Part shown: one piece after another, positions 1 through 9,433 of the stretch | Layout of the letters: every line of letters starts with the position of its first letter | Numbering within the stretch: position 1 is the stretch's first letter | DNA from: Acinetobacter phage SH-Ab 15497 | Sequence record: MG674163.1 | Strand: one strand, 5' to 3' | DNA: 43,420 nucleotides | Made by a program: the position numbers and the translations under genes | The notes under the pieces: generated by a model | Told to the model about the DNA's origin: nothing | Seen by the model: only the letters and a program-made list of their open reading frames with translations | The model's database searches: none

Positions 1-600
1 ATGTCCCAAAACGCACTCAAACATGATAAAGACATCGAAATGACTGAGGTCCGTGACCCTAGATCATTAGTCGAAGGCTGTGCCGACGACCAGTATGTTG
101 TCCAACCACGTGATGAGAGTGAAATAGGTCTATCTGACTTAGCTCAAAGGTTCCAGATCAGTGATTTCGAACAAGAGTTTGTAGATATACTTCTCACCGA
201 CCCGTATCGCAATCAAACCAAAGCATTGATGAAGCTGCGCCCTAATGCCAAACCCGCTTCTGCGAAGACCGAGGCCAGTCGTATTATATCTGACGTCAAC
301 GTGCGTTCATATATGAAATACTGTGTTGAGTCCAAGCATGAGGCCCTGATGGCCACCCGTGAAATGATTCAGGCCAACCTTAAGGTAGTGGCCGATCGTT
401 GTATGCAGGTGACACCAGTGCTTGATCAAAAAGGCCAGCCAACTGGTGAATATAAGTTTGACGCATCAGGGGCCAACCAAGCTCTCAAGCTCTTAGGCCA
501 GACAATCGGGTTGTTCAAAGAAGAGTCTCGCATCAAAATCCAAGCAGACCGACCTTTATTAACTATCACAGTGCCAAAACAACCCAAAGAGGAAGTCTGA
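1..600 (+). CDS. terS: Terminase small subunit (Terminase_2-like)
   Basis: The 199 aa ORF lies immediately upstream of the lysis genes and terL. Its central segment (FVDILLTDPYRNQTKALMKLRP..ASAKTEASRIISDVNVRSYM) fits the small-terminase pattern. A promoter and RBS at the window end (43372..43412) are positioned for this ATG if the genome is circular. Confidence 0.6.
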   Translation: MSQNALKHDKDIEMTEVRDPRSLVEGCADDQYVVQPRDESEIGLSDLAQRFQISDFEQEFVDILLTDPYRNQTKALMKLRPNAKPASAKTEASRIISDVNVRSYMKYCVESKHEALMATREMIQANLKVVADRCMQVTPVLDQKGQPTGEYKFDASGANQALKLLGQTIGLFKEESRIKIQADRPLLTITVPKQPKEEV

Positions 601-603
601 CAC

Positions 604-1233
604 ATGACGATGACAACCAAACGTATTTTCGACCATATGCGTCCGAATCTCACGGACTCACAAGTACAGGCTCTCTATAAGCTGATGGAAAAAGGTGCAG
701 ACCTTGATACCATCGCACAGTTCGCAGGAGTTCCCGCCGTGGTATCTACAGCCAATATGAAGAAGCCGAGTGGTTTCCAATTCAGCCAAACATCGCTAAA
801 ACGACTTGAAGGTGTTAACCCTAAGTTGGTGAAAGTGGTTCGCCGCGCCCTAGAGATCAGTAAAGAAGATTTCATGGTGATTGAGGGAGTCCGCACCAAA
901 GAGCAATGCTACATTAACTTTGGCAAGGGCCGCAGTGGGGCCGAGTGCCTAGCCGCAGGAGTTCCTTCCAAGTATGCCCAGCCCAACCTAGCCAAGGTAA
1001 CGTGGCTCAAAAACCCTCTTAATAGTAAGCATGTGACAGGCAACGCCGTTGACCTAGCCCCTATTCCGCTTGATTGGAATGACCTTAAACGATTCGACCA
1101 AATGGCCCAAGCGATGTTTCAGGCATCTGCAGAGTTGAATATCCCTATCCGTTGGGGTGCTGACTGGGACAATGACGGCGTTTTCCGTGAAAAAGGTGAG
1201 ACTGACAGCCCGCACTTTGAATTAGTGGGGTGA
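604..1233 (+). CDS. Endolysin, peptidase M15 family (L-alanyl-D-glutamate / D-Ala-D-Ala type zinc peptidase)
   Basis: It has the M15 zinc-binding motifs SKHVTGNAVDL and DSPHFEL and an AGGAAG RBS 6 nt upstream of the ATG. A membrane protein follows it. Confidence 0.75.
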   Translation: MTMTTKRIFDHMRPNLTDSQVQALYKLMEKGADLDTIAQFAGVPAVVSTANMKKPSGFQFSQTSLKRLEGVNPKLVKVVRRALEISKEDFMVIEGVRTKEQCYINFGKGRSGAECLAAGVPSKYAQPNLAKVTWLKNPLNSKHVTGNAVDLAPIPLDWNDLKRFDQMAQAMFQASAELNIPIRWGADWDNDGVFREKGETDSPHFELVG

Positions 1234-1236
1234 GCC

Positions 1237-1584
1237 ATGAGCGCGAATAATGAATTTAACATTATCGAAATCTTGTCTTTTGCAGGCTTTTCGTCACTGG
1301 GGGGATTGTTAAGTTACTTGATGCGCCAACACACTAGTAATCAGCCGATTAAACTTAGTCGTGCCGTACTGGAGGCTGTAGCGTCAGGTTTCACAGGCGT
1401 CATCGCTATGTTTATTTGTTACGCAATCCACTTGCCTTGGTATTGGGCAGGTGCCTTTGTTGGTATCACGAGCTGGCTAGGTGCTGAGGCATCTATCTTT
1501 GTATTCGCCCGTGTAGTGCGCAGCAAGATCGGCCTTGATCTAATCCCTGAAAAGGAGAAAGATGATGAGCAGAAAATGCAGTAA
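1237..1584 (+). CDS. Holin-like membrane protein, about 3 TM helices
   Basis: The 115 aa ORF has three hydrophobic helices, directly follows the endolysin, and has a GGGGTGAG RBS. Confidence 0.45.
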   Translation: MSANNEFNIIEILSFAGFSSLGGLLSYLMRQHTSNQPIKLSRAVLEAVASGFTGVIAMFICYAIHLPWYWAGAFVGITSWLGAEASIFVFARVVRSKIGLDLIPEKEKDDEQKMQ

Positions 1585-1702
1585 ATCAGTGGAGTTCATT
1601 TTGATAGTACTTATTACACTTGTGATGATGCTGTCATATGGTATCTATAAAATGTATTACGAGAACCGCAATCAACCTGAGGCGACAAGCTGTAAACCAT
1701 GA
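1562..1702 (+). CDS. Small single-TM protein, 46 aa; possible lysis accessory protein (antiholin or spanin-like)
   Basis: This ORF was found by eye and is below the ORF-track size cut-off. It translates as MMSRKCSKSVEFILIVLITLVMMLSYGIYKMYYENRNQPEATSCKP. It overlaps the 3' end of the holin-like gene and its stop overlaps the terL start (ccATGAtc). Confidence 0.3.
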   Translation: MMSRKCSKSVEFILIVLITLVMMLSYGIYKMYYENRNQPEATSCKP

Positions 1703-3159
1703 TCAGAGCACCCCAAGCCCATATCGACATCGCATTACACCAACGCCAAGCCGACGCATTGTTCTCGCAAGCCAATGAGATCATGTACGGCGGGGCGGCG
1801 GGAGGCGGCAAGTCACACTTAATGCGTGTCCTTGCCATTATGTTTGCGATGGAAATTCCAAAGATCCAGATCTACTTATTCCGTCGTCATTACGCCGACT
1901 TATTTAAGAACCATTTGGAGGGCGCGGGGTCTTTTTATGAACTACTTGGCCCAATGATAGACACTGGACAAGTTGAAATATTGGAATCTAAGAACCAGAT
2001 CCGCTTTTGGAATGGTTCTAAGATCCATCTCTGCCATTTGCAGAGGGCGAAAGATCTCACTAAATACCAAGGTGCGGAAATCCACCTTCTCCTAATGGAT
2101 GAGTTGACCCATTTCCATGAACATGAATATCGGTTCCTTCGGGGCCGTGTACGTATCGGTGGACTCTATGTGCCGCCTGAGTACAGAAATAAAATTCCTA
2201 TGGCCCTAAGTGGAACAAACCCAGGGGGTATTGGTCACTCTTGGGTCAAACGAGCATTTGTTGACAATGCTGCACCGATGCAAATCACGCAAATGGACAA
2301 AAAAGAAGGCGGTATGCGCCGTCAGTTCATCCCTGCATTGATGTCAGACAACCCTACCTTGATGGTCAATGACCCAGACTACATCGACCGTCTTGAGGGT
2401 CTAGGAGATCCTGCATTAGTAAAAGCCATGAAAGACGGGGACTGGAACATCGTAGCAGGCGGGGCGTTGGACGACGTGTGGAGCAGCAAGTTGATCTTGC
2501 CACGGTTCAAGGTTCCTCTCGGATGGCATGTGGACCGCTCATTTGACTGGGGTTCATCGCAACCATTCTCAGTGGGATGGTGGACCGAGGCCAACGGCGA
2601 GGAAATCGAATTCGTGGACGGCACAACCTTCGCACCACCACGTGGATCATTGATCCGCATCGCCGAATGGTACGGCACTGAATTGATTGGCTCAAATAGA
2701 GGTCTTAAACTGTCGGCCAAGGAGATCGCAGAGGGTATCAACTACCGTGAAGAGGCTATGCTTGAGTTAGGCTGGATCCACACCAAGCCAGTGACAGGCG
2801 TTGCCGATTCATCGATTTTTGACGAAAGGGAATCCGATGTGGACTCAATTGCCAAAAAGATGGAAGATGAAGGCATATTCTGGGAGCGTGCCAATAAATC
2901 TGCAGGGTCTAGGGTCAACGGACTGGAGATTTTGCGTGTTCGTATGAAAAATGTGAAGAAGTCAGAAGGTGCGGGTATCTTTTTCACAGAGAACTGCCGT
3001 GCTACAATAACCACATTGCCAATTTTGCCAAGGGATGAGAAAAAGCCTGAGGACGTCGATACTGATGCAGAAGACCACGTATACGATGACATTCGATACA
3101 GAGCACTGCAAGCAGGTACTCGATACCTAGGCGAATTACCATTCAAGACATCGTATTAA
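1699..3159 (+). CDS. terL: Terminase large subunit
   Basis: It has a Walker A motif (YGGAAGGGKSH) and a Walker B-like motif (HLLLMDELTHF). The C-terminal half is nuclease-like, and the gene sits in the terS-terL-portal order. Confidence 0.9.
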   Translation: MIRAPQAHIDIALHQRQADALFSQANEIMYGGAAGGGKSHLMRVLAIMFAMEIPKIQIYLFRRHYADLFKNHLEGAGSFYELLGPMIDTGQVEILESKNQIRFWNGSKIHLCHLQRAKDLTKYQGAEIHLLLMDELTHFHEHEYRFLRGRVRIGGLYVPPEYRNKIPMALSGTNPGGIGHSWVKRAFVDNAAPMQITQMDKKEGGMRRQFIPALMSDNPTLMVNDPDYIDRLEGLGDPALVKAMKDGDWNIVAGGALDDVWSSKLILPRFKVPLGWHVDRSFDWGSSQPFSVGWWTEANGEEIEFVDGTTFAPPRGSLIRIAEWYGTELIGSNRGLKLSAKEIAEGINYREEAMLELGWIHTKPVTGVADSSIFDERESDVDSIAKKMEDEGIFWERANKSAGSRVNGLEILRVRMKNVKKSEGAGIFFTENCRATITTLPILPRDEKKPEDVDTDAEDHVYDDIRYRALQAGTRYLGELPFKTSY

Positions 3160-3168
3160 GGGCCTGAT

Positions 3169-4689
3169 ATGAGAGACAGTAACAACATCAAGTACGTCCG
3201 CGAGGACGCCAAGAAAATGCACAAGCTTTGGGCGCATATCAGGATGGCAATGGAAGGTTCCAGAGCCATTAAAGACAACGCCAAAGAGTTTGTACCCCAC
3301 CCTGACAACACCAAGGCCACAACACCTGAGGGAGTGGCACGCTATAAGGCATACATCGAACGCGCTGTTTGGTACGGGGCCAGTGCAAACACCGTGGACG
3401 GCATGTTGGGCCAGATTTTCGCACGTGACCCAGTGTTTACTGGACCCGAAGACAAATTTGATATGTTGATCAACGATGTTGACGGAAGTGGTCTGAGCAT
3501 CCACCAACAGGCCAGAGATAGTGCCGAGGATGCGCTTTCTTTGGGGCGGGGCGGCCTTTTCGTTGATTATAGCTATGTTACTACCAACGGAGTCTCCGAG
3601 GCCCAAGAAGAGTCAGGAGAGGCCCGTCCGTATATTAAGTTCATCGCGGCAGAAGACATCTTAAACTGGCGTGAACGTTGGGTAAATGGAGCCAAACGCA
3701 CCACTTTGTTAGTATTTCGTGAAGAGTCGGATGCCGACGATGATGGATACCAAATTTACAAGGAAGAGGTGTGGCGAGAGCTTCGCCTAGTTGATGGCAC
3801 ATACTGGCAGCGTACATGGCGCGAGAATGACGGCCAATTGTATGTTGATGACTGGATCAGTCCAACCAAAGCAGATGGCAGCCAATTCGATGAAATCCCT
3901 TTTGTGATCTTTGGCTCCAAAAACAACGACCCGACAATCGACATGCCGCCTATGCGCGATCTAGTGGAGCTGAATATAGCCCATTTCCGCAACTCTGCGG
4001 ACTATGAAGAGGCGTGTTTCATATGTGGTCAGCCTACACTGTTCCTTTCAGGTTTAACAGAACATTGGGTTAAAAACGTACTGGGCGGCGCAGTTGTCAT
4101 CGGTTCACGCGATGCGGTTCCTTTGCCAGTTAATGCCAAGCCAGAATTGTTGCAGGCCGAGGGCAACGGTATGGTCAAAGAGGCCATGGACCAAAAAGAG
4201 CGCCAAATGGTAGCACTTGGGGCCAAGTTAATTGACTCAGACAAGACCCAGAGGACATTCGGCGAGGCTTCTATGGAGGCCGCGGCACAGAACAGTGTGT
4301 TATCTCGTGTGTCTAAAAATGTGTCTGATGCATATACAAAGGCCCTTCGATGGGCGGCAATGTTCTTGGGACTGGATGAAAAGATCGAGTATGAATTGAA
4401 CTCTGATTTCGACATCAATAAAATGTCTCCTGAGGAACTGGCAGCAGTTATTTCAGCGTGGCAATCTAATGCGATCAGCTTCACTGAGATGCGTTGGCAG
4501 ATTAAGAAGGGCGGCCGAGCATATCTGGAAGATGAGGACATGCGCAATGAAAGCGAACAGGACGATCCTCTAAAACTGGACATCACCAAACCAGACCCGA
4601 ACGAGGATCCGAACGCCTCTGAGGACGACCAAACCGACCCGAACGACGAAACGAAGGAAAAAGATGCAGAGACAGGAGGTGCTGAATAA
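3169..4689 (+). CDS. Portal protein
   Basis: The 506 aa ORF lies directly after terL and has the acidic C-terminal tail typical of portals (EDEDMRNESEQDDP..DDQTDPNDE). Confidence 0.75.
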   Translation: MRDSNNIKYVREDAKKMHKLWAHIRMAMEGSRAIKDNAKEFVPHPDNTKATTPEGVARYKAYIERAVWYGASANTVDGMLGQIFARDPVFTGPEDKFDMLINDVDGSGLSIHQQARDSAEDALSLGRGGLFVDYSYVTTNGVSEAQEESGEARPYIKFIAAEDILNWRERWVNGAKRTTLLVFREESDADDDGYQIYKEEVWRELRLVDGTYWQRTWRENDGQLYVDDWISPTKADGSQFDEIPFVIFGSKNNDPTIDMPPMRDLVELNIAHFRNSADYEEACFICGQPTLFLSGLTEHWVKNVLGGAVVIGSRDAVPLPVNAKPELLQAEGNGMVKEAMDQKERQMVALGAKLIDSDKTQRTFGEASMEAAAQNSVLSRVSKNVSDAYTKALRWAAMFLGLDEKIEYELNSDFDINKMSPEELAAVISAWQSNAISFTEMRWQIKKGGRAYLEDEDMRNESEQDDPLKLDITKPDPNEDPNASEDDQTDPNDETKEKDAETGGAE

Positions 4690-5753
4690 TGGCCCTCCCT
4701 CTGGTCGATATCCTGACTAGATATCAAGTGATACTGGAGCGGTTTAAATCCAGTATCCATGGTAAGTACCGCGAATCAACACTGTTGGAAATCGACAAGG
4801 CGATTCGGGACATAATGTCAAAACTGGAAAACGGCACTCTTTCGGACACTATGTCAGTGAAAGAGCTTAACAATTTGATTAAGTCACTGGAAAACGCACA
4901 GCTCAAAGTTTATAGGTCTTTCTATACTGAGTTCCAGAAAGACTTGAAAGAATTGGCCCAAGATGCAGCTTTGTTCGAGTCGGATGCCTTGACAGAAGTC
5001 ACAAATGGTGTTAAAATCGAAGCTGCAAAGGCCGCTGTAGCGTTTAGTCTAGCCGCAACCCGTCCTTTAAATGCCACAGGGCAACTACTAGACTCCTTCA
5101 TCAACACTTGGGCGACCAATGAGATCAAGGCGGTAGAGGCAGAAGTCCGCAAGGGATATTATGAGGGGAAAACCAATGGTGAACTCCTTACGATCATCCG
5201 AGGCACAAAAAAGAACGGATATAAAGACGGCATACTAGGTCGAAATGACCAAAACGCGAAAACCATCATCCGCACAGGCGTTCAGCATGTTGCAAACACT
5301 GCACGGATGGCGACGTGGACCGAAAACTCCGATATCTTTGACGGGTATATGATAGTAGCGACGCTCGACGGCAGAACTACCGTAATATGCAGGTCACTAG
5401 ACGGAAAACAGTTCGAAATCGGTAAGGGACCAGTCCCTCCATTGCATCCGAACTGCAGATCAACGACTGTGCCGATGATCAAAGCCAAGTACCTAGACCC
5501 AAGCGAAGAGAAAACCCGTTCAAGTAAAGACGGTTATGTTAACCAAAAACTTACTTATTACGAATGGTTAAAAACTCAACCCGCTAAGTTTCAGGATAAG
5601 GCCCTTGGACCAACAAGAGGCAAATTATTCAGGGACGGTGGTTTAGATGCGACGGAATTTGCCAGACTCAACCTTGGCAGAAACTTTGAACCACTGACAC
5701 TAGAAGAAATGAGAGCCGCAAGGCCCGAAATTTTCGAAAAAGCCAGTCTGTGA
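4689..5753 (+). CDS. Head morphogenesis protein, Mu F / SPP1 gp7 family
   Basis: The Phage_Mu_F-like block HVANTARMATWTENSDIFDGYMIVATLDGRTTVICRSLDGKQFEIG..HPNCRSTTVP is present. The start overlaps the portal stop (ATAATGG). Confidence 0.8.
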   Translation: MALPLVDILTRYQVILERFKSSIHGKYRESTLLEIDKAIRDIMSKLENGTLSDTMSVKELNNLIKSLENAQLKVYRSFYTEFQKDLKELAQDAALFESDALTEVTNGVKIEAAKAAVAFSLAATRPLNATGQLLDSFINTWATNEIKAVEAEVRKGYYEGKTNGELLTIIRGTKKNGYKDGILGRNDQNAKTIIRTGVQHVANTARMATWTENSDIFDGYMIVATLDGRTTVICRSLDGKQFEIGKGPVPPLHPNCRSTTVPMIKAKYLDPSEEKTRSSKDGYVNQKLTYYEWLKTQPAKFQDKALGPTRGKLFRDGGLDATEFARLNLGRNFEPLTLEEMRAARPEIFEKASL

Positions 5754-5801
5754 CTGGGTAGTGGTAAACAATAAATAAGGTCTGTGACCTATGGAGCAAA
5801 T

Positions 5802-6485
5802 ATGAAATTCCGCGTAAAGAGTCTTGACGAAGTTGATGAAAAGTACCGTGATCTTTATGTTAAAGACGGCGATACTTTCGTGCTTAAAGTTGAAGATGAT
5901 CCTGCAGAGGGCATGCGTACGGCTCGTGACCATGAGAAAGAGCGCCGCCGTAAAGCCGAAGAAGAGCTTCGTAAGCTCAAAGAGCAGCAGGAAGACGAAC
6001 AAAACGATAAAAACCGCAAAGAAGGCAAGATTGAAGAAATCGAGAACGCTTGGAAAGCCAAGTTCGACAAAGAAGTGAATCGCCTAAATGGTGAAATCAC
6101 CGCTCGCGATCAACAACTTCAAACTATGCTCATCGACAACGTTGCTGTGCAACTAGCGGGTGATCTCTTCACCTCACCAAACTTGGCGTTACCACACATT
6201 AAATCACGTTTAGGCGTTGAGGCGGTGGACGGCAAATTTGTGACACGCGTCAAGGATGCGACAGGTGCAGTGACTGCAAACACTATCGACGAGTTCAAAG
6301 CAGAATTAGCGGCAGACGCGAGTTTCGCACCGATTCTCAAGAAATCAAACGCGGGCGGTGGTGTAGGTGCTCCAAAAACAAACTTTAATCACAACCCTAA
6401 TGGGGGTGACGGTAAGCCGAAGAATCTAGCTAGCGCTAGCCCTGCGGAACTGGTTGCTCACATCCAAGCTAAGGAATCACAATAA
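5802..6485 (+). CDS. Scaffolding protein
   Basis: The protein is highly charged with a coiled-coil-like E/K/R-rich region and lies between the head morphogenesis gene and the capsid gene. The ORF-track start at 5784 is a GTG. The ATG at 5802 has GGAG 5 nt upstream and is preferred. Confidence 0.55.
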   Translation: MKFRVKSLDEVDEKYRDLYVKDGDTFVLKVEDDPAEGMRTARDHEKERRRKAEEELRKLKEQQEDEQNDKNRKEGKIEEIENAWKAKFDKEVNRLNGEITARDQQLQTMLIDNVAVQLAGDLFTSPNLALPHIKSRLGVEAVDGKFVTRVKDATGAVTANTIDEFKAELAADASFAPILKKSNAGGGVGAPKTNFNHNPNGGDGKPKNLASASPAELVAHIQAKESQ

Positions 6486-7450
6486 TGGCTTTATCGGACT
6501 TACAAGTTTTCAATGACTGGGCTTACAAGACCATGTCAGAAGTGCTCGACCAGCAAGTTGAATTATTCAACGGAGCGACTCGCGGCGCGATCATCCTGCG
6601 CTCTGCAGGCAATACTGGTGACTTAAGCGAAGCAGCTTTCTGGGCTAAAATCCAAGGTTTAGTTCGTCCACGTGACCCGTACTCAAACGCAGACGTTGCG
6701 GCCAAAGACCTTCGTCAATTGGTTGACAACACAATCAAAGTGGCGTCTGGTACTCCACCGATCAACATCCCGCCATCAATGCTTCGTTGGATTCAAAAGA
6801 ACCCGCAAGAAGCGGGCGCGGTAATCGGACAGCAGCTTGCGGGCGACACCATGCAAGACATGCTTAACAACGGTCTTGCGGCGGGTAAAGCAGCATTCAC
6901 AGCGGGTGGCGCAGTTCACGACATCTCTGCGGCTGGCACTGGCCTTATGACACAACGTGCATTCAATGCGGCTCAACGTATATTCGGCGATCGTTCAACA
7001 GACATTCAAGTTTGGGTGTCACACTCAAGCCCGTTGTTTGACTTATATGACAACGCTTTAGCTAACGCCGAACAGCTTTACGTATTCGGAACGGTTAACG
7101 TCCGTGCAGATGCGTTTGGTCGCCCTATCATCATTACTGACTCACCTGCTCTTGTATCAGGTGCTGCAGAAACTCTACGCCACAGCACATTGGGTCTTAC
7201 TACTGGCGCGATCTTGATCGAACAGAACCAAGACTTTGACTCAACAGTAGTTGACGGCACTGGTAAGCAAAACATCACGCGCCAATACCAAGCGGAATGG
7301 TCTTACAACCTAGGTGTTAACGGCTACGCCTACGACATCGCGACAGGCGGTAAAGCACCTAACCCTACGGCTCTGGCGACTGCGGCGAACTGGGATAAAA
7401 TCTCAACTTCGATCAAAGACACTGGCGGCGTTGTCCTAGTAACCAAATAA
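6485..7450 (+). CDS. Major capsid protein
   Basis: The 321 aa ORF follows the scaffold gene, its start overlaps the scaffold stop, and it is followed by a strong hairpin. Its codon usage is typical of a highly expressed gene. Confidence 0.7.
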   Translation: MALSDLQVFNDWAYKTMSEVLDQQVELFNGATRGAIILRSAGNTGDLSEAAFWAKIQGLVRPRDPYSNADVAAKDLRQLVDNTIKVASGTPPINIPPSMLRWIQKNPQEAGAVIGQQLAGDTMQDMLNNGLAAGKAAFTAGGAVHDISAAGTGLMTQRAFNAAQRIFGDRSTDIQVWVSHSSPLFDLYDNALANAEQLYVFGTVNVRADAFGRPIIITDSPALVSGAAETLRHSTLGLTTGAILIEQNQDFDSTVVDGTGKQNITRQYQAEWSYNLGVNGYAYDIATGGKAPNPTALATAANWDKISTSIKDTGGVVLVTK

Positions 7451-7454
7451 TGAA

Positions 7455-7475
7455 CGGGGCTTTCGCCCCTTCTGG
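7455..7475 (+). terminator. GC hairpin after the capsid gene with a weak T-tract; terminator or RNA-stabilising element
   Basis: The stem-loop is ACGGGGC-TTTC-GCCCCTT followed by CTGG. The T-run is short. Confidence 0.4.
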
Positions 7476-7484
7476 AGTTAAACA

Positions 7485-7757
7485 ATGAAAAAGGTTATCT
7501 ACTTCTATGATGATAAAATTGTTAAAAAGCATGGTGGTATGGACGGGCTTAAAAAACACGCTCGCACTAACCGTTATCTCCTTCGTGATGCTGACCTTTC
7601 CACTGTTGAGGGCAACATCGAAGAAGCCGATGAATACAAAGGCGCGTTGCCGAAACATTACGAAGAATACTTATCTCAAGCAACAGAAGAGCCTGCAGAT
7701 AAGTCAAAGGGTAGTGATGAATCAAAAGGTACTCCCCCAGTAGATCCAACGGCTTAA
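7485..7757 (+). CDS. Hypothetical protein, 90 aa
   Basis: It has a GGAG RBS 7 nt upstream and lies between the capsid and connector genes. Confidence 0.5.
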   Translation: MKKVIYFYDDKIVKKHGGMDGLKKHARTNRYLLRDADLSTVEGNIEEADEYKGALPKHYEEYLSQATEEPADKSKGSDESKGTPPVDPTA

Positions 7758-7768
7758 GGTGAAACATC

Positions 7769-8260
7769 ATGGCTCTAATCATTGAAGACGGTACAAATGT
7801 TGCAGGTGCAAACTCCTATGTAACGGAGGCTGACTTGCAGTCATACTTAGACCAACGGGGTCTAACACTTCCTGCGGGGACCAACCTGCAGCCTTTGATC
7901 TTTAGGGCCATGGACTACTTAGAGAGTCTTTCTTTCAATGGTGTTCGCACTTTTGATGGACAAGCGCTCTCTTTTCCCCGTCAGGGGGTTTTTGTTGATG
8001 GCGTGGAACTTGCGAAGGATTCTATCCCGACCATGTTGAAGCAAGCGCAATGCCGATTGGCGTTCGAATCTAATAGTCAGGATTTACTGCCTACCTCAAA
8101 CGGGAAGGTGGTCGTCCGTGAGCGTGTGGAGGGGGCAGTAGATGTGTCTTACGATGCTAACCTGTCTAGTAGTCTACCTTCGTTCGCCCTTGTCGATGCG
8201 CTCCTTAAACCTCTTCTCTCTGGCGGGACCTTCGGACAATTAAAGGTGAGGCGTGGATGA
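7769..8260 (+). CDS. Head-tail connector / adaptor, gp6-like
   Basis: The N-terminus (ALIIEDGTNVAGANSYVTEADLQSYL...LIFRAMDYLESL) resembles gp6-like head-tail connector proteins. An AAGGTG RBS is present. Confidence 0.5.
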   Translation: MALIIEDGTNVAGANSYVTEADLQSYLDQRGLTLPAGTNLQPLIFRAMDYLESLSFNGVRTFDGQALSFPRQGVFVDGVELAKDSIPTMLKQAQCRLAFESNSQDLLPTSNGKVVVRERVEGAVDVSYDANLSSSLPSFALVDALLKPLLSGGTFGQLKVRRG

Positions 8261-8610
8261 ATTTCTATGAGCAAATGGCCGCTACGGCCGTTCGCTTGCT
8301 GACCCAGTTCGGAACCGACGCCACTCTTCAAACGGGTGGCGTCACCGTATCGGACAAGGTAGCAGGCACAGTGACCAAAACCAATGTTGAGTCAAAAACT
8401 GTCAAGGCAGTTGTGACCGATTTCACTAAGTCCTTGATTGATGGAACAACCGTTTGCAAGGGTGACAAGAACGTCGTTATGGCTCCGACGGAAAAACCTG
8501 CAATAGGAGACACCATCACGATCAATGGATATACGTGGAGCATATTGGATATCAATGAGTCAAACCCTGCAGGGACTGTACTGGTGTATTTCTTACATGT
8601 GAGGAAGTAA
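8257..8610 (+). CDS. Hypothetical head-tail joining protein
   Basis: The gene lies inside the connector block and its start overlaps the upstream stop. Confidence 0.45.
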   Translation: MNFYEQMAATAVRLLTQFGTDATLQTGGVTVSDKVAGTVTKTNVESKTVKAVVTDFTKSLIDGTTVCKGDKNVVMAPTEKPAIGDTITINGYTWSILDINESNPAGTVLVYFLHVRK

Positions 8611-8611
8611 T

Positions 8612-9025
8612 ATGGGCCAATGGGAAGTGGATATGAGACGCCTGAAAGGGCTGACCGAGGCAAAAATGGTCAAGGTCCTAAAAATCGCGGCCATGGAAAC
8701 GATGCGTGACGTCATCATGGACACACCTGTTGATACTGGGAGGTTGCGCGGAAACTGGCAGGTGGGCATCGGTCAAAAGGAGTCGGGGCAACTAAGCGTC
8801 CTTGATCCTAACGGCGGTATTACTATAGCAAGAATCACATCCAAGCTAGTACAAATCAACAAAAACGACACAATCGTGTTCTATAACAACCTGCCATATG
8901 CATACCCTATCGAATTTGGACATAGCGCAGTTAAGGCCCCGCAAGGTATGGTTAGGAAAAATATAGCCAACTGGGGCGGCAGGGTGGCACGTATTGCTAG
9001 AGTGGTGAAAAATGAAAGAGCGTGA
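8612..9025 (+). CDS. HK97 gp10-family head-tail joining protein
   Basis: It carries the motif DTPVDTGRLRGNWQV that is characteristic of the HK97 gp10 family. Confidence 0.65.
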   Translation: MGQWEVDMRRLKGLTEAKMVKVLKIAAMETMRDVIMDTPVDTGRLRGNWQVGIGQKESGQLSVLDPNGGITIARITSKLVQINKNDTIVFYNNLPYAYPIEFGHSAVKAPQGMVRKNIANWGGRVARIARVVKNERA

Positions 9026-9431
9026 GTATATTGAAGAGGCCCTCAGGCAAGCAGTAATCGCGGCCTTGGGCAACATCCCAGTTACGGTAGGCAATATTAT
9101 CGACGAATTGCCAACAGACATCAGCGAATCAGTGGACATCCACTATATGCCCGCGGGGGTGAGTGTGGCGACACTGGGCAAAAACGGAGAGGACCATCAC
9201 GAAGGGCTAATGCAATGTGACATCAAGGTCAAAACTGGCACGGGAACGGCTAGGAGTGGCGATATTGCACATTTGCTGACTGGTATCTTTACAGCAGGGC
9301 ATAGGGTTTGGTATAATACCACAGAAGTAGTGATCACCAAATCTGCCAAGGAACAAAGTTTCGACAGGAGCGGGTGGTGGGTTACTCCCGTTTCTATTTA
9401 TTGGTATTCAAGGGTTAAAAGAGGAGTATAG
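9012..9431 (+). CDS. Tail completion / tail terminator-like protein
   Basis: The call rests on position alone, between the gp10-like gene and the major tail gene. Confidence 0.4.
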   Translation: MKEREYIEEALRQAVIAALGNIPVTVGNIIDELPTDISESVDIHYMPAGVSVATLGKNGEDHHEGLMQCDIKVKTGTGTARSGDIAHLLTGIFTAGHRVWYNTTEVVITKSAKEQSFDRSGWWVTPVSIYWYSRVKRGV

Positions 9432-9433
9432 CC

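Noticed and set aside
4029-4760. Minus-strand ORF of 243 aa, and all other minus-strand ORFs in the track such as 2742..3146, 3136..3606, 11739..12194, 12198..12794, 18927..19373, 24043..24531, 28669..29082, 29986..30387, 33389..33832, 33955..34344, 34351..34827 and 39755..40261
   Set aside because: Each lies entirely inside a well-supported + strand gene with recognisable motifs. The translations are Ser/Arg/Leu-rich and low-complexity, typical of antisense frames. No RBS or promoter context was seen. The genome otherwise shows strict single-strand coding.
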